Shown piece by piece: positions 43,747 to 53,656 of a stretch of 64,000 nt of DNA. The stretch is taken from NCBI GenBank assembly GCA_963720085.1, contig CAVRER010000080.1:94428-158427 (forward strand), given 5' to 3'. Below the pieces are notes generated by a model, which was not told the origin of the DNA, ran no database searches, and was given only the letters and a program-made list of their open reading frames with translations. This DNA comes from an uncultured Actinomycetota bacterium. GTDB lineage: Bacteria; Actinomycetota; Actinomycetes; Mycobacteriales; Mycobacteriaceae. Both the position numbers and the translations under genes were made by a program. Within the stretch, counting starts at the first letter, position 1; each line of letters starts with the position of its first letter.

Positions 43747-44265
43747 TTACCTGTGGTCGGCCTCCCACGCCTCGGCTCGCTCTCTAGCAGCTCCTTCGGA
43801 AGGGAAGGGCGACGCCAGCGTGGTTAGCTTGCCGTCGACTTCCACGGCGAGCCACCAGCCATCTTCGAGTGCTCCGATCAGATACTCGCGGTTGTCGCTC
43901 CAGGCATGCTCGACAGGACTCAACGAGGCCGCGACGGAGCCTGTATCTTTCGTGACGACTAGCGACCAATGACCTTCGGTGAGCGCGCTCCACGTCAACG
44001 CCACACGTTGCGGGCGAGGCGGCTGCTGGGGCTGTAGAGGATGCGAAAACTGAGTCATGTCGATCATTAAACGCGCCCGCAGGGGCGCCACCAAGATCGT
44101 CGTGATGTATTTCGGCCACTCGCTATAGTTTGGCAAGTCTTGCGCGTCCAGCCACGGCGCACGTCCGATTTTCAGCATTGTGGACGGTTGCATCGCGCGG
44201 AGAGACCACGCTTGAGTGCGCGGGAGCGACGCAAGATGGACTATCGCATCGGACTGGTCGGCCAT
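43747..44265 (-). CDS. Hypothetical protein (172 aa), no family recognised
   Basis: From ATG 44265: MADQSDAIVHLASLPRTQAWSLRAMQPST...WSDNREYLIGALEDGWWLAVEVDGKLTTLASPFPSEGAARERAEAWEADHR. The longer track ORF (to 44565) overlaps the Zn-ribbon gene. Confidence 0.45.
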   Translation of the reverse strand: MADQSDAIVHLASLPRTQAWSLRAMQPSTMLKIGRAPWLDAQDLPNYSEWPKYITTILVAPLRARLMIDMTQFSHPLQPQQPPRPQRVALTWSALTEGHWSLVVTKDTGSVAASLSPVEHAWSDNREYLIGALEDGWWLAVEVDGKLTTLASPFPSEGAARERAEAWEADHR

Positions 44266-44326
44266 GTTCCGGACGCTACACACAAGTCCGGGTGGACAAA
44301 CGGCGCCTTCCGTGCCAGAGGTCTCG

Positions 44327-44558
44327 TTAGCGCACACGCGCTGGCCCGTGAAGCACGTCGCAGCCGGCGCCGAGCGGGCGGCCCGTACGTCACGGCGCCG
44401 CACTCGCACCGCCAAGTGAGATGCCGACCGCACGAGCACGCGATGCTGCCGACCAGCACCCGACCCGGCTGCAATGGGTGGCCGCGTGGGCAGTGCAGTG
44501 GCGGTCGGATCATCCATTGACCGGTGGTTGACTGCACCAGCTCGCCCACCGCGGCCAT
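44327..44558 (-). pseudogene. Small Cys-rich (Zn-ribbon-like) protein with a 1-nt insertion at ~44376-44378
   Basis: MAAVGELVQSTTGQWMIRPPLHCPRGHPLQPGRVLVGSIACSCGRHLTWRCECGAVTYGPP. Removing one C from ccgCCCgct gives ...LGAGCDVLHGPARVR*, which matches the tail of the second copy (ACSLLDGPARV). Confidence 0.55.
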
Positions 44559-44567
44559 ACACCAACG

Positions 44568-45011
44568 CTAGGCACGTGGCTCACAGATGACGAGGGGGAT
44601 TTCCCGGTCGGTGTTGCGCTGATAGTCGGCGTAGCCCTTGTACGCGGCCAGCACCGCCGGCCACAGTGTCGCCCTCTCGTCAGGACTGGCCGTCCGTGCC
44701 CGCATCGGCACGGTGCGATCGTCAAGGGTGAGCAGGACATCAGGGTTGGCTACGAGGTTCTTGTACCAGTCAGGGTGATCCTGGGAGCCGCCCTTGGACG
44801 CGACCAGGACGATTCGCTGCTCATCGTGCACAGGAGTAGTCAGCATTGTCGAGTACGCCTTGCCCGATTTGCGGCCGGTGGTGTGCAACTCGACTGTTTT
44901 CATGCCCAGGATCTTGCGGGGGAAGCGGCCGCCGGTGAGCTTGAGCAGACTGCGATGACCGTTCTCGAGTAGCCAGGCTGCCGCGCCAAGAACGGGATCG
45001 GGTGTACGCAT
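44568..45011 (-). CDS. F420-dependent nitroreductase family protein (Ddn-like, PF04075-type)
   Basis: From ATG 45011: MRTPDPVLGAAAWLLENGHRSLLKLTGGRFPRKILGMKTVELHTTGRKSGKAYSTMLTTPVHDEQRIVLVASKGGSQDHPDWYKNLVANPDVLLT.... Confidence 0.8.
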   Translation of the reverse strand: MRTPDPVLGAAAWLLENGHRSLLKLTGGRFPRKILGMKTVELHTTGRKSGKAYSTMLTTPVHDEQRIVLVASKGGSQDHPDWYKNLVANPDVLLTLDDRTVPMRARTASPDERATLWPAVLAAYKGYADYQRNTDREIPLVICEPRA

Positions 45012-45100
45012 TCGTGTTCCTTTCGGTCGATCCCTCGATCGGTTTCGCCACGCGCTCAGTCTGGAGCCGCGCACCGGGCGCCGCGGCTGCAACAAGGAGT

Positions 45101-45289
45101 TTATGGCCCAAGCGCATGAGACCGGCCCGCCACCCACGCGGATGACGGGCCGACTTCCTTTAAGGCGCAGACCCTAGCGGGCCCGTCGAGCAGACTGCAC
45201 GCGTCCCTGAGCGCAGGGTCGTAGGTGACAGCGCCGCACTCACAGCGCCACGTCAGATGCCTGCCGCATGAGCAGGCGATGCTGCCCAT
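45101..45289 (-). pseudogene. 5'-truncated second copy of the Zn-ribbon-like gene
   Basis: ...HPGRRARRILMGSIACSCGRHLTWRCECGAVTYDPALRDACSLLDGPARV.... It lacks the first ~25 codons of the 44558 copy. Confidence 0.5.
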
Positions 45290-45335
45290 CAGTATCCGCC
45301 GGGCGCGCCTGCCCGGGTGCTTAGCGCCATTAGAC

Positions 45336-46916
45336 TTATCTCTTCCCCGCGCTTGTAGCCCAACGGTTAGAGCCGCGGCCGGTGGCTGGGGTGAGGCGGG
45401 CCATCCCGCGCAGGATCCATGGTGTGCGCCTGGCCATTGCCGCTACGGCGCGGTCCGAGCGGCGCATCGCGGTCCGAGGGCCGGGTGTGGGCGTTGACGC
45501 CAGTTCTGCCTCGGCAGATCCGGCCGGCGGGCCGTGGCGATCGACCGCCAGGAGTTGCCAGGTGCCGGGCACGCCGCGCAGCTCGACGCTGCCGCGGTCC
45601 TCGAAGCCAGTGCCCGAGCCGACGACTAGGTCACGCACGGTGCGGGAGACGAGGATTTCGCCGGCGCCGGTCTGGCCGAGGATCCGCGCCCGCGATGTGT
45701 ACGGCGATCCCCCCGATGTCGGTGTCCATCAGTTCACATTCGCCGGTGTGGATGCCAGCGCGGATCTCGATGCCCAGCGTCTCGGCGTCAGCGCGCAAGG
45801 CCTCGGCGCAGCGGATGGCCTGCGTCGGGCCGTCGAACGTGGTGAGATACCCGTCGCCGGTGCTCTTGACCACCGTGCCGCCGAACCGTTTCGTGAGTTC
45901 GGCTGTGACCTCACCAGAGCGGTGCAGCACCGCACGCCACCGCTCGTCGCCCGTCGCCGCGGCGCGTTCCGTCGATGCGACCATGTCGGTGAACAGCACG
46001 GTGCGCAGTGCGCGATGTGACTGCGGCGGCGCGGCATGGCTGCCGGTGAGGAACTCCTCGATCCCGCTCGTGATTTCGTCGGGATCGGTGAACCACGGCA
46101 CGTGGTCGGTGCCGTCGACCTCGCGCAACCGCGCGCCAGGGATGTGGTCGGCGAGATATCGGCCGCCCTGCACCGGAACGAGGTCGTCGCGGGCATGGAT
46201 GACAAGGGTTGGCGCGGCGATCGTCGGCAAGATCGGCCGCACGTCGATCCGAAACACCGTTTCGGCTGTCGCGCGCGCCATCCCCGGGCTGGCGCTCATC
46301 CGCTCCAACATCGCGAGCTGGCGTATCGACCGGACTGACGGCAGCAGACCTTTGAGTGCAGCACCGCTGCCCCACGCCGAGAGGGCGGCGCGGCCGAATT
46401 CCTGCAAGCGGGCGAGCTGCGCCGTCGTCGGGGTGTAGTCCTCACCCAGCTCGGGTACGAGGCGCGCCTGCCAGTCGGCCGGGTCACAATCCATGTCTTC
46501 CCAGCCGTCCCAGCCGGTGTACGCGAAGGTGGCGGTGAGAATCAACGCCCGCGTTCGCTCCGGTCGTGTCGCCGCGAAGACCATGGCGGCCGGGCGGCCC
46601 TCACTCACCCCGAAAACGACGGCCTTGCCGAAGCCGACGGCGTCCATAACGGCCTCGATCTCGGCCGCTCGATCATCCAGCGTGCGAACTTGCGGGACCG
46701 GGTCCGACAGCCCGACCCCGGCCTTGTCGAACAGCAGTACGCGACAGAACGTGGAGAGCTGCTCCATGAAGGCCTCGAACTCGGGCAGGGTCCAAAACAG
46801 CTCGACGTGGCTGACGAACGACCCGGCTAGGACGCCCGGCAATGGTTGATCGACAACGACCTCTGGAACGACAGCATCGGCATGCCGCCCGAGATGTACG
46901 ACCGGGTAGCCGACAC
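45336..46916 (-). pseudogene. LipJ-like alpha/beta-hydrolase + class III adenylate/guanylate cyclase fusion with at least 2 frameshifts (~46870, ~45689-45691)
   Basis: Hydrolase part: ...SFVSHVELFWTLPEFEAFMEQLSTFCRVLLFDKAGVGLSDP...VFGVSEGRPAAMVFAA.... Cyclase part: RTVLFTDMVASTERAA...KSTGDGYLTTFDGPTQAIRCA...IRAGIHTGECE...GIAVHIA. Then AARILGQTGAGEILVSRTVRDLVVGSGTGFEDRGSVELRGVPGTWQLLAV follows in another frame (extra base in the CCC run). Confidence 0.7.
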
Positions 46917-46943
46917 GCCGCGCCCAGACGCCGATGCAAACCA

Positions 46944-48040
46944 CTATCGATGTTCGATCACCGACACCGAGTTGTCGCTGTTGTTGGCGACGTAGACCGT
47001 GTGGGTGCCCGCATCCACCGCCACCCAGTATGGGCCCGCCCCGACGGGCACGGTGACGGTGCGCGTCGAGCCGTCGATCACCGACACCGTGGTGTCGCCG
47101 TTGGCGACGTAGACGGTGTGGGTGCCGGGGTCCACCGCCACCCCGTCCGGCTCCTTGCCGACGGGCACGGTGGTGGTGACGGTGCGCGTCGAGGCGTCGA
47201 TCACCGACACCGTGCCGTCGTCGATGTTGGTGACGTAGACGGTGTGGGTGCCGGGGTCCACCGCCACCCCGTCCGAGTGCTTGCCGACGGGCACGGTGGT
47301 GGTGACGGTGCGCGTCGAGGCGTCGATCACCGACACCGTGCCGTCGCCGTTGGCGACGTAGACGGTGTGGGTGCCGGGGTCCACCGCCACCCCGCCCGGG
47401 CCCTTGCCGACGGGCACGGTGGTGGTGACGGTGCGCGTCGAGCCGTCGATCACCGACACCGTGTTGTCGGCAGGGGTAGGGCGGTGGGCGACGAGAGAGG
47501 CGCTGCCTTTAGTGATGTAGACGGTGTGGGTGCCCGGGTCCACCGCCACCCCGCCCGGGCCCCCGCCGACGGGCACGGTGGCAGTCACGGTGCGCGTCGA
47601 GGTGTCGATTACCGACACCGTGCCGTCTTCGAGGTTGGTGACGTAGACGGTGTGGGTGCCCGGGTCCACCGCCACCGCGTCCGGCTGCGTGCCGACGGGC
47701 ACGGTGGCGGTCACGGTGCGCGTCGAAGCGTCGATCACCGACACCGCGTTGGGTGATTTCTGCCCGGGCTCGATGGGACCGCTGGTGACGTAGACGGTGT
47801 GGGCGCCCGGATCCACCGCCACCGCGTACGCGCCCTTGCCGACGGGCACGGTGGCGGTAACCCTGTGCAGGGGCCCGGACCCGGACCTCCGGACGGACCC
47901 CGACATCCAGATAGGAACACGGCCAACACGACGGTACCGATGATGGCGAGCACGCCGGTGAGCACCGGTATCGGCACGAGCCGCCAGCGTTCTCTTGGTT
48001 GATCATCGCCGCTGGCGGTCATATGCGCTGTCCTGGTCAT
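46944..48040 (-). pseudogene. YVTN-repeat beta-propeller lipoprotein with a frameshift (~47860-47895) separating the signal/lipobox from the propeller
   Basis: N-terminal frame from ATG 48040 (or 48022): [57 protein letters not shown]. The propeller frame (46944..47906) reads ...[29 protein letters not shown]..., with seven (V/A)TVPVG...[13 protein letters not shown](A/T)N...VSVID blades. Confidence 0.7.
46990..47880 (-). repeat. Seven in-frame tandem ~123-nt repeats (two with insertions) encoding the YVTN blades
   Basis: gtagacggtgtgggtgccSgggtccaccgccaccccg...gccgacgggcacggtggYggtSacggtgcgcgtcgaRgcgtcgatcaccgacaccg recurs at about 46994, 47110, 47233, 47356, 47518, 47644 and 47791. The central copies are close to identical. 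Confidence 0.9.
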
Positions 48041-48390
48041 CTTGTGTAGTGTGCGCCTGGCGCCTAACCGCGGTATGCGAGTTCGTCGAGTTCGTTGTCG
48101 TCGAGCACTCGGACCAGCCGGCGAAGGTGCCCGAGCGTGTCGCTGATCTGATCGGCCAACTCGCGGGCACCGGCGGCGCGGGCGCCGGCCAGGCGGGTCG
48201 CCGCCGTCAACGCGTCCACGGTGAGCAGGCCGCGACGGCATTCCGTGAGGGATTGCACCGCGGGCGTTCGGGCGCGGGCGAGTCTTCGCGGTGATCGATC
48301 TTCCGGGAGCGTCGATTGCCGCCTGAGCCCATGTCTGGCCCACGCAGGCCGATAGCAGTCTGAAAAACCGCCCTTGAACTGCACAAACTG

Positions 48391-48465
48391 TGGTGCGCGG
48401 TACTGGGATTGAACCAGCGACCTCTTCCGTGTCAGGGAAGCGCTCTCCCGCTGAGCTAACCGCGC
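48391..48465 (-). tRNA. tRNA-Val (anticodon GAC), CCA encoded
   Basis: Reverse complement gcgcggttagctcagcgggagagcgcttccctGACacggaagaggtcgctggttcaatcccagtaccgcgcacca folds as a cloverleaf (7-bp acceptor, 5-bp anticodon stem, T-loop ttcaatc). Confidence 0.92.
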
Positions 48466-48478
48466 CCGGTCGAAGAAT

Positions 48479-48552
48479 TGGAGGTGGAGACGGGAATCGA
48501 ACCCGTGTGCACGGCTTTGCAGGCCGTTGCCTCACCACTCGGCCACTCCACC
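48479..48552 (-). tRNA. tRNA-Cys (anticodon GCA), CCA encoded
   Basis: Reverse complement ggtggagtggccgagtggtgaggcaacggcctGCAaagccgtgcacacgggttcgattcccgtctccacctcca. Confidence 0.92.
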
Positions 48553-48580
48553 GCGGGGGTTGATGCCACTTGCACCCTCG

Positions 48581-48653
48581 AGCGGATGACGGGATTCGAA
48601 CCCGCGACCCTCACCTTGGCAAGGTGATGCGCTACCAACTGCGCTACATCCGC
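48581..48653 (-). tRNA. tRNA-Gly (anticodon GCC), CCA not encoded
   Basis: Reverse complement gcggatgtagcgcagttggtagcgcatcaccttGCCaaggtgagggtcgcgggttcgaatcccgtcatccgct. Confidence 0.92.
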
Positions 48654-48823
48654 GCGCAACGGACGAGATCGTCGCCCGGTGCGAAGCACGACGATAGTCC
48701 ACCCGAGCGGGCTCGCACAAATTTCTTGGTACCGTCAGCGCGCCGCTATCCGCGGCCCATCCAGCGCGTTCTGCCGGGACGCCCCCGCGTGCTAATCTTC
48801 GACGTCGTTCGCCTCTTGGCGCC

Positions 48824-48895
48824 GGTCCCGTGGCTCAGTGGGAGAGCGTCCGCTTCACACGCGGAAGGTCGCTGGTTCGATCCCAGCCGGGACCA
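48824..48895 (+). tRNA. tRNA-Val (anticodon CAC); integration target of the adjacent element
   Basis: ggtcccgtggctcagtgggagagcgtccgcttCACacgcggaaggtcgctggttcgatcccagccgggacca. The integrase gene ends 92 nt downstream. Confidence 0.92.
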
Positions 48896-48986
48896 CGAGG
48901 AGAATCACCAGGTCACGGGCATTTGCAGCGCTTGCACCTCGCGCCAGAGTCACCGCGGTTATCCGCCGTTTATCCGCCAGTCACGG

Positions 48987-50109
48987 TCAGCCTCCGAGCC
49001 CGTCGAGCGCATCCGCCACACGATCGAGGTCGGAGTCGTAGAGGTCGGCGTAGGTGTGCGCGGTCACCATGATCGATGCGTGGCCCATCGTCACCTGCAG
49101 CAGTTTCATGTCGGCACCCGCCGATCGAGCCAACGACGCGTAGGTATGCCGGAGGTCGTGTACGCGCATCGTTGGGCGTCCGAGTTCGGCGATCCTGATC
49201 CGCCAGCCAACCGCTCGCTTCCAGTTTTCGAGCCCGAGCCGCGAGCCCTTCGGCGATACGATCGCCGGTTCACCAGCTGGACGCCCTTCGATCCGGCGTT
49301 CAAGGATCGGCATCAGCCGTGCCGGAATTGGCACGCTACGACGACCGGCACGGCTTTTTGGCGGTCCCTCAAGGAGTCGGCCCGATAACTGTGTGATCGA
49401 TCTGCGCACGCGAATACGCCGCGTGTGCAGGTCGACATCTTCGACGTTGAGTCCGGTCAATTCACCGAACCTCAGTCCGGTGTAGGCGAGGATCAGGACC
49501 ACATCGCCTTGCTTCGAGGCGCGCGAGTCTCGCTGGTAGCCGTGTCGCACAGTTCGGCCAGCTTCGCCACTTCTACCGCAGTCAGGTACACGTGGCTGGT
49601 CTCCCCATCGCCGGGAACCGCACATTCGCCGCAGGGTTTTTGCCGCGCAGCTTCTTGTCGGCGATGGCATGATCCAGCGTCATGCGCAGCACGCTGTGAG
49701 TCCAGCGCACGGTGCGGGGCCCAGGCCCGCGGCGGTCATTTCGTTGACCCATTCCTGGACGTTCTCTCGCACGATTCGTCCGATCGGCCAGTTGCCGAAC
49801 TTCGGCTCGATTCGCAGCCGCCAGTTGTCCTCGTAGCCACGGCGGACCTTCGGAGAAAGATCAGGGTCGGGACGCGAGCCAACTGTTGTACACCACGTGC
49901 AGCTCGGTTTTGCCGCCGCGCGGGTCGACCGTTTCGCCGTCCTCACGAGCCGACCGCAGTTCCCCGTCGAAGAATTTGGCAGCCCGCAACGTCTTGAATG
50001 TCTTGGATCGCTTCGTCCCATCCGGTAGCAGCCATTCGACATCCCAGCGCGGTACCGGACTTCGCTTCACGCCTGCGAATCGTCGTCGCTCAATACCGTG
50101 ACGCGGCAT
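48987..50109 (-). pseudogene. int: Tyrosine recombinase/integrase with at least 4 frameshifts
   Basis: The pieces lie in different frames: MPRHGIERRRFAGVKRSPVPRWDVEWLLPDGTKRSKTFKTLRAAKFFDGEL... / DLSPKVRRGYEDNWRLRIEPKFGNWPIGRIVRENVQEWVNEMTAAGLGP / TVRWTHSVLRMTLDHAIADKKLRGKNPAANVRFP / ETSHVYLTAVEVAKLAELC / ...VVLILAYTGLRFGELTGLNVEDVDL...VHDLRHTYASLARSAGADMKLLQVTMGHASIMVTAHTYADLY (the R..HxxR..Y catalytic region). Confidence 0.85.
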
Positions 50110-50302
50110 GCCATTTCGCAACATCAGCACGAATCCATCGTCGATGCCGGGATGACAGCTTGCAGTGATGGGGACACCGGCGAGTCCACGTCTCGCTTCC
50201 GTTTCGCCGCCCAGTCATGCAGCGTGGAGACCCTGGAACACCCGTCATCCGCGACACCTCACCCGCTGTCAACACCTCGTCAATCGCTGTCACCATCGTC
50301 AT
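50090..50302 (-). pseudogene. xis: Excisionase-type HTH gene, apparently with two compensating frameshifts
   Basis: MTMVTAIDEVLTAGEVSRMTGV ... KLSSRHRRWIRADVAKWHAASRY are in one frame. The expected recognition helix (SRVSTLHDWAAKRKRDVDSPV) is only readable in another frame between them. Confidence 0.55.
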
Positions 50303-52010
50303 CGTCGCTGCCCTTTCTCTCCGGTTGCGGGAATCTGCTGCCCGCCTGGTGGTCCCGGTGGCGAGTAGCGCTTCGTCGTATTCGGTGCGCCAGATGATGC
50401 GTTGGGCGACGGCGCGCATGATCAGCTCGTCGCGGAGCGGGATCCTGCGGTCGCCGGGTTCGCATCTGAAGATCGCCACTCGGGCCGGATCACGCGCAGG
50501 TTTGCTGATTCCGGCGTCGGCGAGGAGTTGCCGAACAAAGTTCTCGCGTCGCCCGATGATCGGGAGGGTTTTGCCGGTCCATTTCCGCGACACCAACACC
50601 CGCGTCCGGCAGTCCGAGGGTGCTGCGGCGGTGTGCCTTGCCTTTGCACCGGCCCGGCTCCGTTGTGCTGTTGGCGCCTTTCGGGATGATGCCGTAGCGC
50701 AGCCACACTGGGCACCGCTGCGAGCACGGCGTGATCGCGAGTTCGGCGTGCAACCGGTCATGGTGGTGCCGTTGGGCAGCGGTGTTGGGTTCGACGATTT
50801 CGCTGATCGATTTCGTCAGGTACTTGGTGAGGTAGCCGATGTGGCGTTCGGCTTCCTCGGTGCCGCCGAGGATGCCCTTGTGTTTGCATTGCTGTCCGAA
50901 TCGCACCACGTGAGCCGGTTGCGTGTCCTCGTCGCTGGCGATGGCATCCAGCGCCTCATCCCACGACGTGAGAGGTGCGTGGTTGTGCGGGTCGATGAAC
51001 GTGCGAGCATCCCGATCCACACCGGCCGGTCCTCTTCGTGGTCGCTGGCGTAGATGAGGTGGTCGGAAATGGTGGGGCCACCACACCTGGTGGTAGGTGG
51101 CGGCGGCGACCTGGCGGGTGATCTGGTGCGGGATCGCGCCCCGCAACGCGGCGTGCAGATGCGGTGCGGCGCGTTTTTGCGGTTCGACTGTCGCGGAGTA
51201 CTGCACCTCCCATCCCAGGACGCGCCGCAGGTTCTGTATCAAGCGGTCCACCAGCGCGGAGAAGTGGATGGGTCCTGCGCGGCGCGCCGGTAGTCGTAGG
51301 TGGCTGGGTCCACAGGTGCGCCGTCGCGGATCGGCGGGAGCCATCCTCCGCAGGTCAGCGTCAAGAACATCGACGGCCGGTACTTCCCGGCGTATTCGCG
51401 CCCGACCGTCGTTTTGCGTACCTGCCGGGTGGGCAAGTCCGGAGCGTCCTGGCGTCGTCGGGTCGAACGCGTGCGCGTGATGGTGGCCGGCGCATCCGGT
51501 GATGGTATAGGCCCCCGCAATCCGGACGCGCGCAGCTCGTTGTCGGCGGCAACTGGATCTCCTCGCGCAACTCCCCGGCAGCGGCGTCCTCGCCCTCGTC
51601 GCACGCGGCCCGGTACGCGACGATCAGGTCCGCGCGGTGGGCCAACAACTCCGATTGCCCCTCGCTCGGCGCGTTCGGTTCCTCGACGGGTTCATGGTCG
51701 AGGTGCCAACCCTCGCGGAGTTGCTGCATCCGCAGCAGCCGTGCCCTTTTCGCGCACGACGGGCACTGGGATTCCATCGTGGATTTAGCACGCCACAGCC
51801 ACGTAGTCGCTGACGCCGGTGTCCAGGTCGAGGGTGCGCATCACCAACGGCCGCACACACACGCCGTGCCTGTCTGCAGCCGAGACGGCGACGTCGTGGA
51901 AACAGGGTCGGGCGCGTCGCTGGGCAGCTGGTCTCCCGCTGACGCGACCCCAGTGCGTGGTGATCTGGTCTCAACGGTGACGTGGCAGTCGGTTCGGTGT
52001 CGGTGATCAT
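50303..52010 (-). pseudogene. repSA: RepSA-like replication initiator with at least 4 frameshifts
   Basis: ATG 52010 overlaps the traSA stop (ATGA). Fragments: ...HGVCVRPLVMRTLDLDTGVSDYVAV / ESQCPSCAKRARLLRMQQLREGWHL / ...VGREYAGKYRPSMFLTLTCGGW...VDPATYDYRRAA / IHFSALVDRLIQNLRRVLGWEVQYSATVEPQKRAAPHLHAALRGAIP...GYLTKYLTKSI / ...RVLVSRKWTGKTL.... These are characteristic pSAM2 RepSA motifs, from memory. Confidence 0.75.
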
Positions 52011-53421
52011 GGCGCCCGCTTCTCGTCGCGTTCGTCGGGTCGGTGACGCCGCCTGGTTGGGATGAAATGCTCTGTCAGGTAGTCGATGTCGGCGTCGGTG
52101 ACGTGGAAGGCGCGCACCCGGATGGGTTCGGTGCACGGTCTTGAATTGTCACGTATCCCACACCCGGTGTGCCGGTGGGGATGTGGTCGCAGACCGCGCC
52201 GGCCTCTCGTGCGGACGCGCCCAACACCATCGTCGTTTGGCTACTTTCGGTCATCCGCAAAAGGCCCGATCCGCACGGTGAACAGCTCGGATCGGCAGGA
52301 CCTCTTTCGAGGGGTCTGCACTGCCGCGACCACCGACACCCCGACCGCGCGGCCCTGGGAGAGCAGCAGACCGAGGAGTTGTTCCACTTCGCCACGGATT
52401 TTGCGGTCACCGATGTAGGCGGTCAGCGACGCGAGTTCGTCGACGACCAGCACGATCAGCGGCTCGGCGACGGTCGGGGTGTGCAGCCGAGTACGACCAC
52501 GGAGCCGGGCCGCCCGCTGCTGCATAACCGCGACGACCGCGCGCAGCAGGCCCAAGGTGCGGTCGCCGTTGTCGTAAGCAAACCCGGTGGACAAACCGGC
52601 GCCGCGGCCGAACTCTCATCCCCCCTTTAGGGTCGATCACGCACAGCCGCACCGAGCGGCGCGAACAGCGGGGCCAAGGCCGCGATCAGCGACCACACCA
52701 CGCTGCCCTTGCCGGAGCCGGTGGCGCCGGCAATCAAGATGTGGTGTCCCAACACCGGCAGCCGCCACCACCGCCTGCTTCGGCGGCACGCACCCCGACA
52801 GAATGAGGATCGACTGTGGTTCCGGCGGCGGGGCGGCGCAGTCGCAGTGGAGGCGCCAGCGCATCGCTGTGATGCACGATGATCTGCAGTTCTCCTGGCG
52901 TCGTCGAGCGGATGGTTACGCGCTGGGCGCGCCACGCCTGGGCCAGCGCTTCGCCGTGTTTTTGCCAGTCGGCCACGCACTGGCCGGTCACGATCCGCAC
53001 CACCAGCACGTCGCTGGTTGCGCCGATGGTCACTGACTGCAGCAGCGGGATCAGTGTGCGGTCATTGAGGGTGGCGGTCAGGTGATGCAGCGTGCACACC
53101 TGCTCCCAGGACCGTTTGTATCGCCACCAGGTCAGCGATGACTCCCGGATCGGATCCCGACACCAGCCGGTGAAATGACTCGCGGTCCAGATGGCGCCAG
53201 AGCCCGTAACCGATTGCGCACACGACGATGACGACGACGCCGAGTCGCCACCCGGTCAACGCGGTCGCACCTAGCGACACCACGATCGGTGTGCTCACCA
53301 GCGGGAAGCGGACCGCCCACCATGCCATCAATCCGATCAGTTTCGCCGCTCCCACCAGCACGGCTTCCCATGCATCGTCTGTCGCGTTCTTAGACTTGTT
53401 GCCACCGCGGGCATCGGCCAT
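52007..53421 (-). pseudogene. traSA: FtsK/SpoIIIE-family DNA translocase (TraSA-like) with about 6-7 frameshifts
   Basis: N-terminal TM part MADARGGN...LIGLMAWWAVRFPLVSTPIVVSLGATALTGW...; Walker A LPVLGHHILIAGATGSGKGS; VRLCVIDPKGG; Walker B LIVLVVDELASL; LLSQGRAVGVSVVAAVQ; LRMTESSQTTMVLG...GVGYV...; IRVRAFHVTDADIDYL. Each piece is in a different frame segment. Confidence 0.8.
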
Positions 53422-53656
53422 GACTGCTTCCGTTTCTCTCCGTGGTTAATCCGGTTGTCGAGCTAACGTGATTGGGCGTCACTGAACTACGCCCGAGACG
53501 GTGGCGCGGGACTGGCGAGTCGCGATCAGTCCCGGTCACTCAGCCGCCTTCGGGGGCTCGCCGCGGGCTCGGTCCAGACGACTTCGCCTGCCACGCAGGC
53601 GAATTTGTGTCGCCCTTGATCCCGGTCGCCCGGTACACGAACCCCACAACGTGTAC

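Noticed and set aside
46990-47880. A regular ~123-nt tandem repeat that could be mistaken for a CRISPR array or VNTR
   Set aside because: The repeats are contiguous with no unique spacers, are in frame, and encode YVTN beta-propeller blades. No CRISPR array was seen anywhere in the window.
48064-48384. 106-aa ORF between the YVTN gene and tRNA-Val(GAC)
   Set aside because: It has no recognisable motif, its N-terminal half is Arg-rich, and it has no clear start or RBS. It could be a small real gene (C-terminal ...ELADQISDTLGHLRRLVRVLDDNELDELAYRG looks protein-like), but I cannot support it.
47735-48538. 267-aa ORF overlapping tRNA-Val and tRNA-Cys on the minus strand, and 48570..49388(+) overlapping tRNA-Gly, tRNA-Val and the integrase
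   Set aside because: These reading frames run through tRNA genes or antisense to the integrase. Only the last ~60 codons of 47735..48538 (the lipoprotein signal peptide) are considered real.
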